From Leptogorgia sarmentosa (lineage: Eukaryota), in contig OZ210885.1 in the NCBI GenBank assembly GCA_964658305.1, forward strand, positions 8,432,001 through 8,496,000: a stretch of DNA of 64,000 nt, given 5' to 3'. The notes under the pieces are model-generated. The model saw only the letters and a list, made by a program, of their open reading frames with translations. It was not told where the DNA came from and searched no databases. The position numbers and the translations under genes are program-made. This document shows positions 50,001 through 64,000 of the stretch, in pieces; the stretch's first letter is position 1, and each line of letters starts with the position of its first letter.

Positions 50001-51099
50001 TCTTACAGCGGGTCAGCTTTCTAAGATACAGTACCAACTGAGACGTTAGGAATTAGGCTTGGAGTTTGGAATAAATAAATATAATTTCCATCACTCTAAC
50101 ACTTTTCTAGTAACATAATCTTGGTAATGATTTCGTTGAATGTATGTCTTCATATTTTATGCATTTAACAGTTTAACTGCATGTATACAACGGCGTGAAT
50201 AAAGCTACTGGTGGAAAGTTTGACTGCTATGCTTGAGTTCAGGAGTCTATTGGCATTTTTCATTATACGAATAATGAAACGGCCATGCAAATTGTGCAAA
50301 TTGAGTAAGGGCTAATTTACTTGTTAGCAAATATTTCAAGTTTCAACCGTTGTTAAAATGCTCGGAAAGCTATAAAATCGCAGATACGGAGCAGGCAATT
50401 GATAAATGTATGTTCAACTTCAAAATATTTAAGTTTTATTCGCGTCAGAGTTTTAACGGGCTGTTTTTGGAAATTCAACAAAGAGCAACAGTCTTGCTCA
50501 CTACCTAAACGATAGAAACAGATTTAACGTTTCGATGAAACGTCCTTCCTATTGGAATTGGCTTGTTCACTAATGTAGTTAATCAGTGGATAACGCTGTC
50601 TTACATGTGAAGAGCCATCCGGTTACAGGAACGTTATAAATTGTTACTGCATGAGACTTCCTCCATGCATTACACGAGCGGGGGGAATTGTAATATGATT
50701 TCTTTCACCAGTTTCACTATTTACGCATACGTTGCCCACAATGAATTTTTCCATGATTCTTGCCCCACCTAGTCATCGATTACATACAGGATTATCTCGA
50801 GCTTCATATTAATTGGACTATATCAAATGTCAATTATACATAACTATAGATACCGATCTTGAACAATATATATCGTGTGTCGCATCACGAATAAGTAAAC
50901 TCGTACATGACAGAACTTCAGCATTCAGTAAGTTGTTGCTGGGTCTTCCAGCAAGACAAAATAGGTAGTAAGTATTTTTCCGGTATAGATGACAAATTGC
51001 ATGGTGGGGATTTTAGTCATGGGGATATTTTACAATCGGGTTAATTTGGTTCCAAATTTTCTAACTACAATAGAAATAAAAGTTGTACTCAGTTGTGTT

Positions 51100-51330
51100 G
51101 GTAGTGGCTTTATTAACAGGCAGCAAAGAGTCTACTCTCCACCTAAATAATATAAACAGATTTTACGTTTCGAGCAGAGGCCCTTCGGTGGGATCGAATA
51201 GTGTGTTACACTAATTCCCGCCGAGGCCCTTTTGCTGGATACGTCAAATCCGTTTGTATCCCTTATACGTATTGAGTAGACCTTTATTTCTTGTTGACGT
51301 TGCTATCTGCTACCTACACCGGTCACATAT
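51100..51330. mobile_element. Penelope-like terminal-repeat fragments in an inverted pair
   Basis: Minus: gaagggcctctgctcgaaacgt...ggtggagagtagac; plus: gaggcccttttgctggatacgtc...gagtagac; related pieces at 50490-50550 and 52955-53075. Confidence 0.5.
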
Positions 51331-52632
51331 TCATACTTCAATTATTATCTATCATGGGTTATGTGTACGTTGACCTGAAACCGTCATCATATAGGTCTGA
51401 ATGAAGTTGATGTATAGTTTGTCTTAAATCATGCATGAGAATCCATAACACATGGTAAATTAGTAACTTACTGAATCTGTCGAAATTTAAAGCTGTTTAT
51501 GAAATTAAAAGCCAATGCTTCAATGCTCGTATCCATATACTGATATACAATTTTACTAAGACTATTTTTAATATTAAAATATAACTTACTTCAAATAGTC
51601 ATTCTTATCATGGCCAGAAATGCGCGACAGTCAGCGGCTCGGACAACGGGCGCGTAATTGACAACAGAGCATGCGCATTACGATGAAGGACTTTCAATGG
51701 ATAATTTAAATTGCAAATCCCCGGACACGTTTGGGGCTAAAAGGAACCGCTTTCTGTGGACTTTTAAACATTACAAATGGTTTAAACTGGTAGCGGAACT
51801 TTCAAACTTTAAAATACGATGTTGGCAACATTGAAAACTTGAAGATAAACCAGGGTAATTTTGCCACCAATTCGGGCATTACAACATAAATTATGGATTT
51901 AATATAGCTTATTAATGGCATAGTTGGTTCGATAATTATTTTATGAGGAACCAACTCCCCGAATCCTTTGTATTATATAATTTCGTACAGGTTCACGTTG
52001 GGTTGTTTTAATCATTTCTAGATGTTGGCAAATAGGTTTATGCTCACAATATTAATGCTATTTGTGGAAAATGCATTTTACTAGTATAATCTACTAGTAT
52101 TAAACGCCATTTTGAATAAATACGTATCAGGCTTCGCGCATGCTAAGTAGCTGACTGTCGTGCATTTCCGGCCATGGTTTTCTTATTATGTATTATATAT
52201 GTAAATGTACATTTCTTTCGGTTCCGCGGTTTAAAATATGTCAGTACGAAGTCCTGGATTAAATGTGAAGTTACAGGTTTCAAAACAAAGCGCAAAACAC
52301 GGATGTCGCGCAGTTTAAGCCAGTTTAAGAACACATCTGATATAACATCAGAAAATCAAAGTTATAGTTTATGCCAATCAACCGAAATCTGTGTATTACA
52401 TTATACTGACACCTGCACGCTGATGATTTCCTCTTTGTTTTCTTCATAATTATTAATGCATTTCACAATTATATGTACCCATGTTTTGTAAAAATTGTAT
52501 ACATTCCTAATAATGAATACGCCGAGTGGAAACGTGGAACAGACAATTCAAAAAATTTCTTGTGTTTGGATGTTTCTATTGTTTTGTATTTCTATATGAA
52601 CAGTATGACTAGTATAGGCTTGTGTACTACAC

Positions 52633-52739
52633 CTTTATCGAGGACTTCCTTGACAATGAGATATCCGCATCCTTTGACAGCGACACGACATATTGATCAT
52701 CAGCAGAGACTGCAACATGTTTTGCCCATTCAAGGTCAC
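52633..52739 (-). CDS. WD40-repeat protein exon (absent from the ORF track)
   Basis: tag/gtgta, 107 nt, phase 1-0 bridges both neighbours exactly; GDLEWAKHVAVSADDQYVVSLSKD...SSIK|VWN. Confidence 0.85.
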
Positions 52740-53094
52740 CTATTGATCAGGAAGGAAAAAAAATCAAATCAGAAATTGAAGCAAACATTAAAAGGATATT
52801 TTCTGTAACAGTCACAAATAGGTGCGTGATCATGTTGGACGCGTTATTAAAATTAATGTAAAAATCTTTGCTATTTAAGGATTCATATACAATGAAAAGA
52901 AAAATCTTGAGTAGTGGATTAAATACTGTATCTAATATAACTTGATACTTTAACCAGCAGCAAAAGTTCTACTCACCAACTGAACGATAGGCAGTGAATT
53001 TGTTTTCTAACGTTTAGGTAGTAAGTAGAACTTTTGTTGCTTGTTGATGTTATTATATCCGGAACCTACACAGCAGTTGTCTACCAGCATTCGA

Positions 53095-53373
53095 TATTGC
53101 CATTTTTTTATCATAGAAGATATTTTCATCATCACAAATGGAGATGTATTTTTCACTTGTAAAAAAATGCACACATTGAGCTATCGCAAGCACCTCCATT
53201 CATATGAGGTTGCATTGATAAATAACTTTGTAGCAATAAATTACGATGAACTACTAGACTACCATCCTTTAGATATTTATAATGTAAGAACTGGTGGAAT
53301 TGTGAGAAAGTACATTAGAATGCGATACGATTTAGAGGATTGTGAAAAGTCAAGATGCAAATATATATTGTAA
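53095..53373 (+). pseudogene. C-terminal remnant of a CACTA/EnSpm-like transposase
   Basis: FIIEDIF...HLHSYEV...LLDYHPLDIY...YIRMRYDL pattern; CACAC-type terminus (gtgtg) at ~54535. Confidence 0.55.
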
Positions 53374-53381
53374 TGTAATAT

Positions 53382-54148
53382 TTAACACTTATTGACTGGG
53401 CCCAAGGGAAACAGTGTGTTTTGTGGACCCGAGACCGTCGATGTTTCCCGAGGCGAAGCCGAGGGAAACATCGATGGTCGAGGGTGCACAAAACACACTG
53501 GTTTCCCGAGGGCCCAGTCAATAAGTGCTTTATTATATACCAATCGTCAAAGAAACGACAAAGTAAAGCGGAACAAGTGAACAAGAATGAAATATTAAAA
53601 TATTAAATTAAATTAAAGCATTAGCAGGTCGTCCAAAGGTCGCGTCTTCACGTGATGGCGGACGTGATTTTTTGTTGTTGTTCACCGGTGAATAACGTAT
53701 TATCTCCCTCTCTTGCTGATGCGAAGGAGACAGTATAATTTCGTCACTCTCACGTGATACGCTCTCGACCAATGAAACACAAGAAAAGAGAAACTTTGAC
53801 GATTGGTATATAATAAATATATGTTATTGACTGAGTGTGAGGTCCGTACTGGAGGATACTGCACGGGTCGAGTTCTTTTCTCGCTTGTTTATGGACCGAG
53901 CCGAAGTACGGATCGAACAAACTCAGTCAATAAGCTATTTATTATATGGCAAAAGATAAACAAAACTCATTTACAACAATTCAACACTATGAACAAAGCC
54001 GGTAAACGGCTAATTAATAAAATAAGAACAGCTGAAGAAGTTCGCTAAAAATTGTTCTCTAAAATGTTATTGGCTACCAACGGTCTCATCGACGGTCTCG
54101 GGTCCACGAAACACACTGTTTCCCTTGGGCCCAGTCAATAAGTGTTAA
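53382..54148. mobile_element. GCGAAGC-hairpin element with a nested related fragment
   Basis: ttaacacttattgactgggccc...aggcgaagccga palindrome 53382-53527; inverted end at 54085-54148; second family at 53815-53947. Confidence 0.72.
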
Positions 54149-55604
54149 TTGTTCCCACATGCTGGACCATTTGTCTGGTTTGTATTTATTACCGATAATA
54201 GGAGGGATTTCCAAAGAAATTAATCAATGCAAAACACGATATAGGAATATTCGCGCCCTCTCACCCATTTAGCCACACCAAAATTGGGCAAATTTACACT
54301 TATTTAGTGTTCGCTGAACACTTCGGAATTTAGAGTTTGGTCGCATATTGAACCTTATTCTAATGGGCTAGACCATAAACTATCAAAAGAATGGACTGGA
54401 AACGCACACTGAAACTGCACAACAACCGCGTGATACGCTTTATGTGGAACCCTGTAACTTCACATAATAATCACATTAAATCCATTCAAAGACTTCGTAT
54501 TGACATATTTCATACCAGAAGAGAAATGAGTGTGCAACTATCCACTGTTCAAGGCAAAAAATCACCGTTGCAATAAGTGGTGAGAAATTTTATATCTTGA
54601 TATTTTGCTTGCGTTTAGTTTGTCATTGTTGCCTTTCAGTATCAAATATTCCGTATCTCTACACTCTTCTTTATACTCCTGTAATAAACAAATTACTTCC
54701 CAGTTGCTCGTTTGTACCGTTATATACTCGCTGTGATCGCTAAGCTCACGATCGTATAAGCTAAGATCGTATTTAGCGATCCATCACAATTGGTAAATAA
54801 AAATTGTATGCACTCGCCAACCGTGAAGTAGCCAATCTCTATGTATTGTCTTTCCATCTTAGACAGTCGCCAAATCTCATAAAACATTTCCCTTTCGTCA
54901 ATGATGTAAATAGAGATGTGTACGATTCGCAAATAATAAAATTCGAACAAACGAGTCAACTGCGCATGAAGTAATTTGTTTATTATACATATGAATACAA
55001 GGAATATTGTTGAGATATGGAATATTTGATACACATAAACGACAATGATAGACACAACACGAGCGAAACATCAAAATATAAAATATCTTAGCTTACTGTA
55101 TTGTTTTGTTGTCAAGGAGGTTTATATCGTCATTCTGCATGAAACTAGTTGAAATTTTGTAATTACGATTGGTTATAAGAATACCAAAGGAATTCTTTTC
55201 TTTACATGCAATTATCTTATGGAATACAAATCAAAAGGCAATTAACGTAGGCCTAATTAATCTACGAAAGCCTGCTATCTATTCAACTGTAGTTAACCAC
55301 CGGTTTTCTGTCTTCATATCAGTGCAGAGCGTTGCGCAGACAAGAACGTTTCTCATTAACTATTCCGATTTGCTTATTATACACGAGTTCTACAAGATTT
55401 GAATTTCTAGGTAAATTTGTTCTACGTAAAAATAGTAGTTTTTGAACATGGTACAGTACTTGAAGCACAAAAATTAACAAGGTTGAGGCTAGGTTCATAT
55501 GAATTTAGTAAAATGAAAATAAATTCAGTGAAATGAAATGAAAACGAGATCGTCCGCAACCTATTCACGAGAAAGCTGGCCCAAATAGACAATTTGAACT
55601 ATAC

Positions 55605-55837
55605 CTGTGACAGAAAAGCACTGTGTGTGAAGATTCCAAACTTTGAAAGTTCCATCTCTGGATGCGGAAACACATCTAGAGTCACCACGAGCGATTGTAA
55701 TATCTGTGACGTCATTTGAATGATCAGAGAAACTGTTTTGTTCCATGTACGCAGCAGTTCCCAGGTTCCAAACCCTGATACTTTGATCCAATGACGCTGT
55801 CAATACCTTCTTTTCTTTGGGAATTATTGCAACACCG
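55605..55837 (-). CDS. WD40-repeat protein exon
   Basis: tag/gtata, phase 2-1; LTASLDQSIRVWNL...DHSNDVT...SASRDGTFKVWNL. Confidence 0.92.
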
Positions 55838-57028
55838 CTAAAATATTACAAGTTGATTGTTTATTACTAATAATAATTTTTTCTACCGAAAAATGGCAAA
55901 GACGATCTCTGCCAGACTATTGATAGTTTAAGGAACCCATATCATCAAAATATGCTGTATAATTTATTCATAAATGATCTGGAAAATATGTCCTATTCAT
56001 CGAATGTTAGTGCAAATGAAAACTACATCTATGGTCACTTTATCTTTAGCAAAAATCGTTCTATTACTATGTCGACAACAATTAAGAAGATAGATAGATA
56101 AAACCTTAGGGTAGTCTACCATAGGGTAGTCCCATCAGTAATAAAAATCACTGTTATCAACGGGAGGCCAATTGACATATTGTAGAGTTGAGTACGGCAG
56201 AAAATCAACGAAAGCAGCAATACAAGATAGGATAATGATAGATGTACAACAGGTAAAATTATGTTGCATTGGATGTCATACGCTGAATTTCCTACGTTTA
56301 TCCCTCATTAAAATCTTTCTAAAGCCCAAGTCTTCCATTGCAAATAAGCACGACTATAGCCAGAAGCCAATTAGTATATTAGTGTTGTAACGATTGACGG
56401 GTAGTAGTAGTAGTTTTGAACCCATAATTACCGCTGACGCAAGAGACGGAACGTTTTCTCTACGTACTCTAAACCTGCATGTGCTTTAACATTTATAGTT
56501 GACATTATTGGGATTTGGGGATAATTAGAAGTAAGTATGTTGTAGAACTGAAGTCCCGTCTAGTCTTAGTAACCGTTTAATGTATTTGTTTGTTCTTTGT
56601 TCCTAGTTTTTACCGTGTGTGTATACGTGTGTTTTGAATATTAAAATAATTGTATGGAGTTTTATATACGGAGTTCACACAGCACGACGGTTGGAGCGTG
56701 CGATCTTTGCGTGCCAGCAAGCTCGCCTGGCGTGTCAGAACGCGACAAGTGTAATAACTAGAAATTCTTGTAGCGTTGTGAACAAATGGATGACTGAAAA
56801 TTACTTTAATGGTCTTCAACTTCGCTATCTTTCCAATTCATCAATAACCGATTTCAAGAAGCAGTACGTCTAAGTGTGACTGTGAAATATCGTAATAAAT
56901 TAATACAATTACACAAAACAGAATGTGTTGTATGTTAAGCTTAATGTTATGTATTGGGTCTTCGTTGTTGCCTTGCCCGCATAACGATCCTTTCGCTAAA
57001 TTAGATATAGCTGCTAGAGTGAACCCAC

Positions 57029-57269
57029 CTGATGCGATCGGTATGACCTTCATAACAGGAAAGGGACTTTCCAGTGTGGAAACACCACAACCTCACACTT
57101 CCTCTGTTGTCTCCAGAGATAATATACTTTTTATCATCGCTCACAGCAATACAAGTAACAAGACATTGAACGTCAAGGGTACGAATTTCCTGATACGTTT
57201 TTAAATCCCAAATTTTTATTGTCCCATCGTTTGAAGCAGACACAAGCATTGGATTGTTTTTTCCTGAAT
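57029..57269 (-). CDS. WD40-repeat protein exon
   Basis: tag/gtggg, phase 1-2; LVSASNDGTIKIWDL...SGDNRGSVRLW...EGHTDRI. Confidence 0.92.
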
Positions 57270-57626
57270 CTAAAAGAGAAACTTCGCACTTTAGTCGAAC
57301 TGGCACAAAAAAACAAGGGAAAGCAAAGTACATGATATCCTAAATATATTCAATAACTCGATCGCAGACAGGAGAAATTTTTATATATGCATTCTGCATG
57401 TCCAGGCAATGGATTCTACAGTAGTAGAATACCGAAAGTTTATTTTGTTGGTACCGTTAGGATATTGAAGAGAAATTGACGCAAAAAGAAATTCCAATGT
57501 GTCAGGATAAATTTGAAATACTCAAAATATGGGCGAACCGTCTGGCACGTACAATAGTCATGATCACGAATGAATTGTGCAAAGTAACATCATTCTTCCA
57601 GTTAGTTTTGCATAATGTTAAAGCTC

Positions 57627-57790
57627 ATTACCTCCGCGAGGAGGTTATGTAATCATCTTGGTTTGTTTGTGTGTATGTGTATGTGTATGTGTGTGTTGGT
57701 CTGTGAACACGATAACTTGAGAAATATCGAACATCTTGCACAATTGTTTGGCATTGCACAAGGAAGAGATGATTTTGGTTTAATTCGGCT
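57627..57790 (+). mobile_element. Helentron/HINE-like non-autonomous fragment
   Basis: acctccgcgaggaggt hairpin followed by a GT-rich microsatellite and gtgaacacgataact. Confidence 0.4.
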
Positions 57791-58674
57791 GAGAATCAAG
57801 GAAAACATCATGAAATAAAACTTTCGTTGCTTCATTTTTTCAAATTTCAATGCGTAATGAAGTTAATTTATATTCAGAATGTGTTGTGTGAATTAGGTAC
57901 CAAAATTGGGTGAAAATTTATTAAGCCCCCACCATCTACTTAGTCTCTTCTTCAGATAATCGCCCACCTGAAAGCAGGCAAACATAAATAATCCCCCAAG
58001 GGGCTAAATAGAGGAAATACGGTAGTCTTTCTTGAAGCTGCTCGAATAGTTAATTTCGCAATACGTGTTTAATTGGATTTTATACAAAACAAATTTCCTT
58101 CTCGTTTATTAAAAATACATAGGAAATACGCAGTCGTAATCAACATTTAATTTGGGCCTCAAAGTTCAAAATTTCAAAATTTTATGATATTATAAGTGTT
58201 AAAACGATGATTAACTTCTGAAAAGTCAAAAAAGTTTTTTCCTGAGGGAATATTCGAGTACCCAAATTTATAATTGCTATTTCAACCTATATCAATACTA
58301 TGTAGTGTAAAGTTACTGAAAACTCTAATGAAAGATCGTAAGAACTCTGCGTCGGTGCAATTACTCAAAACCAGAGTGTAACAGTACTGGTCAGTACGTA
58401 CACTGTAGCACGTACCGCAAAGGGAAATTTTCATTTCTGCATTACATCATTATTAGTTTGCACATGTATTCATACTTTTGTTTGGGAACATAACTGTGTT
58501 TAACTGCTATTAACTGTTGCCTAACTGCTCTTTCATGTCACTGCATGAGTAGCTGTGAAAATTGACTGATTAAATTCAATTATTATCACTGACATTTATT
58601 CAAGCAACTAACCTACCAAGTTCTAACAGTACAGCACAATGTTTGTCACAACAATTATAAAACAGGTCAAACTA

Positions 58675-59478
58675 CAGGGTGTATAAAAAAAAACGCAATC
58701 CTACGTTCAAATGCAATTTTCATAACGAAAAGTATTAGAAAATAGGCTATATTTACCACCGTTAGAAAGCTCTATCATTCCGCTTTCTTAAGACTGCTTG
58801 TTTGTTAAATTTGAGTTGGAAATGAGCGAGTAATGATATTTTTAGTAAGTGTGATTGGACAATTTAAAATTTGAGATAGCTTGAATTTATTAAAAATTTA
58901 ACTTTAGTTGGTTACAATCATCCAACGTGGCCTGGCTTTCTCACCACACACAAATCACTTCGACGTTGCATTTCCCGTGCAACTCTTCTTATTAGTTCAT
59001 GATTTCAATGTAAAGCATCTGCTTCAAACTGTATCTGCCGGTATTTAAGTACGTTACGCCAAACGGTCGTCGAATTTGGGACTTGTCGATCCGGGAAAGC
59101 TATTCGAAACAATCTTAAAACTTCCTGAATACTTTTTGTTACAAAGTAACCTTCAACAATAAAAATCATTTCTGCTGTAGTGAGCTGTGGCATGATGCCT
59201 AAGCATATTTCGCGAAAATATTTCAAACAAGATATTCGCATGCAACGATAACGTCCCCTTCGGAATTAAGAACGTCGAATTCGAAGCATCTAAAAATGAC
59301 TGCTTGCAGTAAATCACTTATTTTGAAGTCCTAAATGGCATAAAAAGTCACAATCGACCACTTATTGAGTAGAAAAAAGATAGGGCTAAAACATGAACTA
59401 AAAGTTAAGACATGGAAATCTATATTATTTTGGTTATAGAGCCTTAAACTTGGATTGCGTTTTTTTTTATACACCCTG
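58675..59478 (-). mobile_element. Internally deleted mariner/Tc1 element (DUF4817-type HTH N-terminus)
   Basis: TA|CAGGGTGTATAAAAAAAAACGCAATCC TIRs; MPQLTTAEMIFIVEGYFVTKSIQEVLRLFRIAFPDRQVP fused to a C-terminal stub. Confidence 0.88.
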
Positions 59479-59836
59479 TATATCAATTTTGTCTGTTGGA
59501 AAAAGAGGATCTGAGGTGAAGATGGACAAGATAAGTCAAACGACACCTGGTTATATATTTTGGCAATGGACATTATGTCTAAAACAATATTACTTTACAA
59601 ACAACATTCATGTTGGCTTCCATTTGTTACTTTATCTATATAATTTCATAAGTCAAAAACAAATGGTATAAAATACTGTCATATTCTGTTGTCAGCTTGT
59701 AATTCAATTCATTCTCCTGTTATTGAATTCTATTATATATTGTAGTTCAATTTGATACGTGTGCATTAATAAGATACATGTGAAACGGCTAGAATTGTTC
59801 TTGGTTGATGTATCCCTATGAAATGCATTTCAGAGC

Positions 59837-60235
59837 AGTGGCGTAGGACGGTGGGGCACTTGGGGCCAGGTGCCCCACCCCCCAACTTTCATGGTTATAA
59901 GTGCCCTTTTAAAAAGAAATGCCCTTCTTTCATGCCTAGGATTTGTACAGCTTTCTGATAGACATGAGAATTTGCCCAAATGTACTAAAATATTTTGTAG
60001 GATTCCATCATTCACTAGCTTTTTAATGTTTTTTTTTCAAGATGCCGCCTTGCTGATTGCAAGTTGCAAATACAGGAATAAGTTTTCCCAACAGAAATAT
60101 CATGTCTTCTTGTTGCTAAGTTATCAAAGTTAATGTTGAAACTTATTTAAAGTTGCAACATTTAATAGTAAAGATTTGGATTCTGTTCTCCCTGTGCCCC
60201 CCCCCCCAAACTACAACTTGATTCGTATGCCCTTG
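59837..60235. mobile_element. hAT-like MITE
   Basis: cagtggcgtagg...ggggcac start; gtgccc motifs; tatgcccttg end. Confidence 0.5.
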
Positions 60236-60851
60236 TCTCATAGCCTGCTTCTACTTTTAGGGCAGACTATTATTACTTACAAGAGGTCTAAACGCTAATA
60301 AAATATACAATACCCGGCCTAAATGCCAAGTCTTTTGAATCTACTTGTACAGTATAACAATTTATACATTAAGGTCTGCGACACAGGGTAATCAGTTGAA
60401 ATATACACACAAGCAAATTGTCTCAAAGTATATTTAGAAAGCTAGCATAGATAAATCTAATGGCCATTTTAAAATACTCTTAGCATATACAAATACAACC
60501 AGCCTAAAAATTTGAAAGAAATCAGAAAGTCCTAAAATAGTGCTTGTACATGAAAGCACTGGTTATCACCATACTAACAATTAAGGAAAGACATTGCTTT
60601 CTTTCTAGGCATAATTTTTCATTACAATATTAGAATGCTGTTGCAAGCAGGTATTTTTGTGCAATAATTGGGAAAATTTATTCCAAAACATGATATTCCC
60701 CTCCAATCATTGCTTTATTGAACCATTAAGGAAGTTTATAATAAAGAATATGTTTTATCCGAATGAAATAACAAATATAATTCTGAAGAGACTCTATTGA
60801 AGTAAGATCTTCAAAATGTTATGAAATATTAACTCATACAGTATTGCATAC

Positions 60852-61061
60852 CTGTTGCGACAACACATGTCACCGCACGTGTATGGCCAACCAAACTGGC
60901 CTCAAAATTTAGTGTATCGGCTTTCCACAACTTGATAGTCTTGTCACGATATCCAACAGTAGCAATGAACTGTCCATCTTTGGTCGTACACAGCGACATG
61001 ACTCCCTCAGGAATACTTGTTGAGAGGTTTTCTCCGGTAGATACACAATACACTTTCAGCC
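60852..61061 (-). CDS. WD40-repeat protein, most 5' exon found (gene continues upstream; possibly a NACHT-WD40 type)
   Basis: gtag/gtatg, phase 1-1 (alternative acceptor at ~61107); FIATVGYRDKTIKLWKA...LVGHTRAVTCV. Confidence 0.85.
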
Positions 61062-64000
61062 CTACAACGCAACATGGATACTCGTCAGACTGATGATTCA
61101 ATAATGTCTAACTCTAGACGATTTTGTGAAATCTTGTTTTTGTGGCTAGCCTGTTCGCAGGCTAGCCACTATCATATCCATTCGTGCGATGTGTGTGTGT
61201 CTGTAAGACATCGTGAAATAACGGAAGTCCGAAGCACGTCCAATAATATGGCGATCTTTTGTTATTGACATCGACTATGAATCGTCGGCTACTCATCGCA
61301 CAGTACATTTGCATATTTTGAGGAAGGTTTAACATATTTTGCGTAATAAATCTAACAAATTTGGGCAATCCGTGAGGAAGATTGTCTACTTTTATTAGAA
61401 AGTATTAAGGTAACGTATTATTTGTTTCGTAGTCCTTTTTAGTATAATTTTGCATTTAAATGCGAGCGCTTGCGGACCAGATATGTAACATGTGACCTAA
61501 TGGACTTAACCTTGCCGTGGACTTAAACTTGCCTTGGGTATACAATTAAGATTCAATTTGCTATTGTACGGGTCAAATGTATTGCCTTTGCGCAGAGTGG
61601 CAACTTGCCTGGTTAATTTCAGATTAACTAAAAATTTTGTATTAAACCTTAACAATGTTATTGCAGTTGACAGAACCACATTCATTTTATGCATTAAATA
61701 CTTATCATAAAAATCATAAAATCGAATGTTCTTACTGAAGCCTCAAAATATTAATGGTTGAAATGCCACCAAGTATATTATACTCAAGATTAATTTTATA
61801 AAATGCATTTAACAGGAGGAATTCTACAAAGGTCAATGACCTGACATTACAGCAATAGATGACTAAATTGTTAGATGTTACCATTACTGAGTGGAATTTC
61901 TGTAGTGTGAAATAAGTGAATCAATGAACTGGCAGTCAGTAATTTTCTACTATTTAGATCCAGTAATTGCTTTGTAGGTATTGTAAGAAGTGTAAATAAC
62001 GGCAACTGCTTGTCTTGTTTTGCTTAATAAACATTCTGCCACAAATGCGTTACCTGGCTAGCCACATGTACGCTCTGCGTACCTATTTTTAATTGTGTCC
62101 TTCTCCGGCGCTGAGCATGCTCTGGCTGTTGCTGGCTTATGTTTTTACACTGCGTTTCACTGCGCTCTACACGACGTTTACAGTTAACCGCTGGTTGGAA
62201 GATACGCAGTCGCTGGAATCCTCAAACCAGCTGTTGCAATTATTGTTTGAATATGAACAATTTCTACTTTTGGCGAAGGTTGAGAGGTGCTACTCAAACA
62301 GACGTATCTGGTTTTCCCCGGAAATCATTTTACTACAGCTACGTTGTAAAACTGCTGTTCCTGGCATCAAGCACAAAAAGAATTAGTGAACATGGTCCAA
62401 TCACACGATACGATGCCGTTTGTAAATTTCATAAACCCACCCTATACCATAGCCACATTGTGGTCAAATATTGTATGCATTGTACAGGGCATCCATACCA
62501 GTGGTACTGTTGGTAAAACTTGGTTACAGATCGCTAAAGTTAGAACCGTGAAGCAAGGGTCATGTATGCCAGTGGGCTTCGCTTCAAAATAATGAAAATA
62601 TACTTTGTTTTCAAATGTAGTCGATTATATACAAGTTGTAACCTGTTGTACAGTACAACAGGTTACAGGTACGAGTTCAGATAAAATGGTTGAAATGTAC
62701 GACGGATTACAAACGAGCTCTCTTTCTCTCCAACACGTTTCCGAAAGTTGAAATACAAATTTTTATAAATCTTTTTTTCACTGAGTATATAAACACCATC
62801 TAAAATCCTAATAAACTGATCTTTCGAACGGTGGGTTGCATGCTAGTTAAAACACAACACACAAAAAAAAAAGATTGATCGCCGAAAACGTAAGGCATAT
62901 TAGCATCTATCTGATAAAAACAGAGTCCAATATGTTGAATTCCATGTCCTTATTTCTCCTTGAAGCCACATAGTCATGAAACCGATGTAATGTTCTTTTT
63001 TTTTCGCCCCCTCCCCCCCCCCCCCCGCCCCCCCCCCGCCCCCCCCCCGCCCCCCCCCCCCCTCCACCAGGGAGAGAGAGTAGGAGAGAAAGAGTACTTT
63101 TCGTAAGTTATACATTTTTCTAAAATGTATTAACGATTATGCTGCACGAATCTGACGAAATGCTTCTGAATTTCACATATTCGCTACGAAGCACAAGTTG
63201 AATACATACAGTGAATATTTAACTCACTGTGATGACTGCGTCGCTATTTAGAGTGTACTCCCTCTCAAATATGGAACGTTACGTGAAACCCAAGAACTCA
63301 AACGATATGCATCAATCCGCTTCATAAACGTTCTTGTATTAAAATGTGAAGCCTATTTTTTTAGTAAATAGCGATGTACACAGTGGGGTAACTACTAGGG
63401 ACCCAACCTGGCCGGGGGCCCTGGGAAGAGGTTTCTTCAGGGCCGTGGCTTATGTGAAATTCAAATAATTTTAATTGAAACTGAAGATGCAAAAAAGTTC
63501 GAAGTTAACAAAATGTTTCATATCATTCAGTAGCTAGCTGAAACAATTTTGTTGCCTTTTAAATTGTGCTTGGATGTATATTAATAGTTGTATATTACAG
63601 TCGAACTTTTACTGTTGTCATTGTTTCTGCTTTATAGGAACTTATTTTAATGTGCTTCTTTTTTCGGAACGTTTTTGCCTTTTGGGTATAATTGAAGCAG
63701 AAGAGATGTTAAATAGCTATAATATGTTCGATAACAAATAGCAGAATTAATTAAAATGCATATCATATGCAGAATTCAGGAGAATACTTCGTAGAGTTAG
63801 CATAGTAAAAATGTGAAGCTAAGAGGTATAACTACTGAAAGAGGCCATCCACAACAGTTCAACCGAGGGCCGACACTGGAGATTTACGCCGCTGAATTTG
63901 CAACGTAAAATAAACATTTTGTGAACGTTCTTTCAAGTATTTTTATTTGAAGAAAAAATAATTATTTTAATTTAATAAAAGTATTCCAATATTCAATTTG

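Noticed and set aside
36373..61061. Assigning a gene symbol (NWD1/NWD2/TEP1-like) to the WD40 gene
   Set aside because: Only WD40 repeats are visible; diagnostic N-terminal domains were not found in the window
62093..62386. Plus-strand ORF with hydrophobic N-terminus (MLWLLLAYV...)
   Set aside because: No domain, splice support or homolog in the window; possibly a retroelement 5' remnant

Overview
This is AT-rich animal (eukaryotic) genomic DNA, not prokaryotic. Its repeat landscape resembles cnidarian-type invertebrates (inference). Main contents: (1) a spliced minus-strand gene (9 phase-consistent exons, 19752->10055, ~808 aa without its N-terminus) for a single-pass receptor: YWTD-like propeller, cbEGF, propeller, 3 cbEGF, TM, then a tail packed with ITAM/ITIM/ITSM-like tyrosine motifs; (2) an ~8 kb tRNA cluster (25.2-32.9 kb) of about 22 genes and pseudogenes in duplicated modules, many carrying micro-duplications or insertions; (3) the 3' part (8 exons, 61061->36373, ~794 aa) of a large minus-strand WD40-repeat gene; (4) many transposon relics: fold-back Tc1, a deleted mariner, two inverted Kolobok derivatives, CACTA/EnSpm, a DIRS recombinase, hAT/Harbinger MITEs, CGAAG-hairpin elements and Penelope-like ends. 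One MITE family (7-bp TSD) carries a tRNA-like Pol III cassette plus degenerate TTAGGG repeats. Most ORFs in the supplied track are spurious. Family assignments come from motif recognition by eye; no database search was run.
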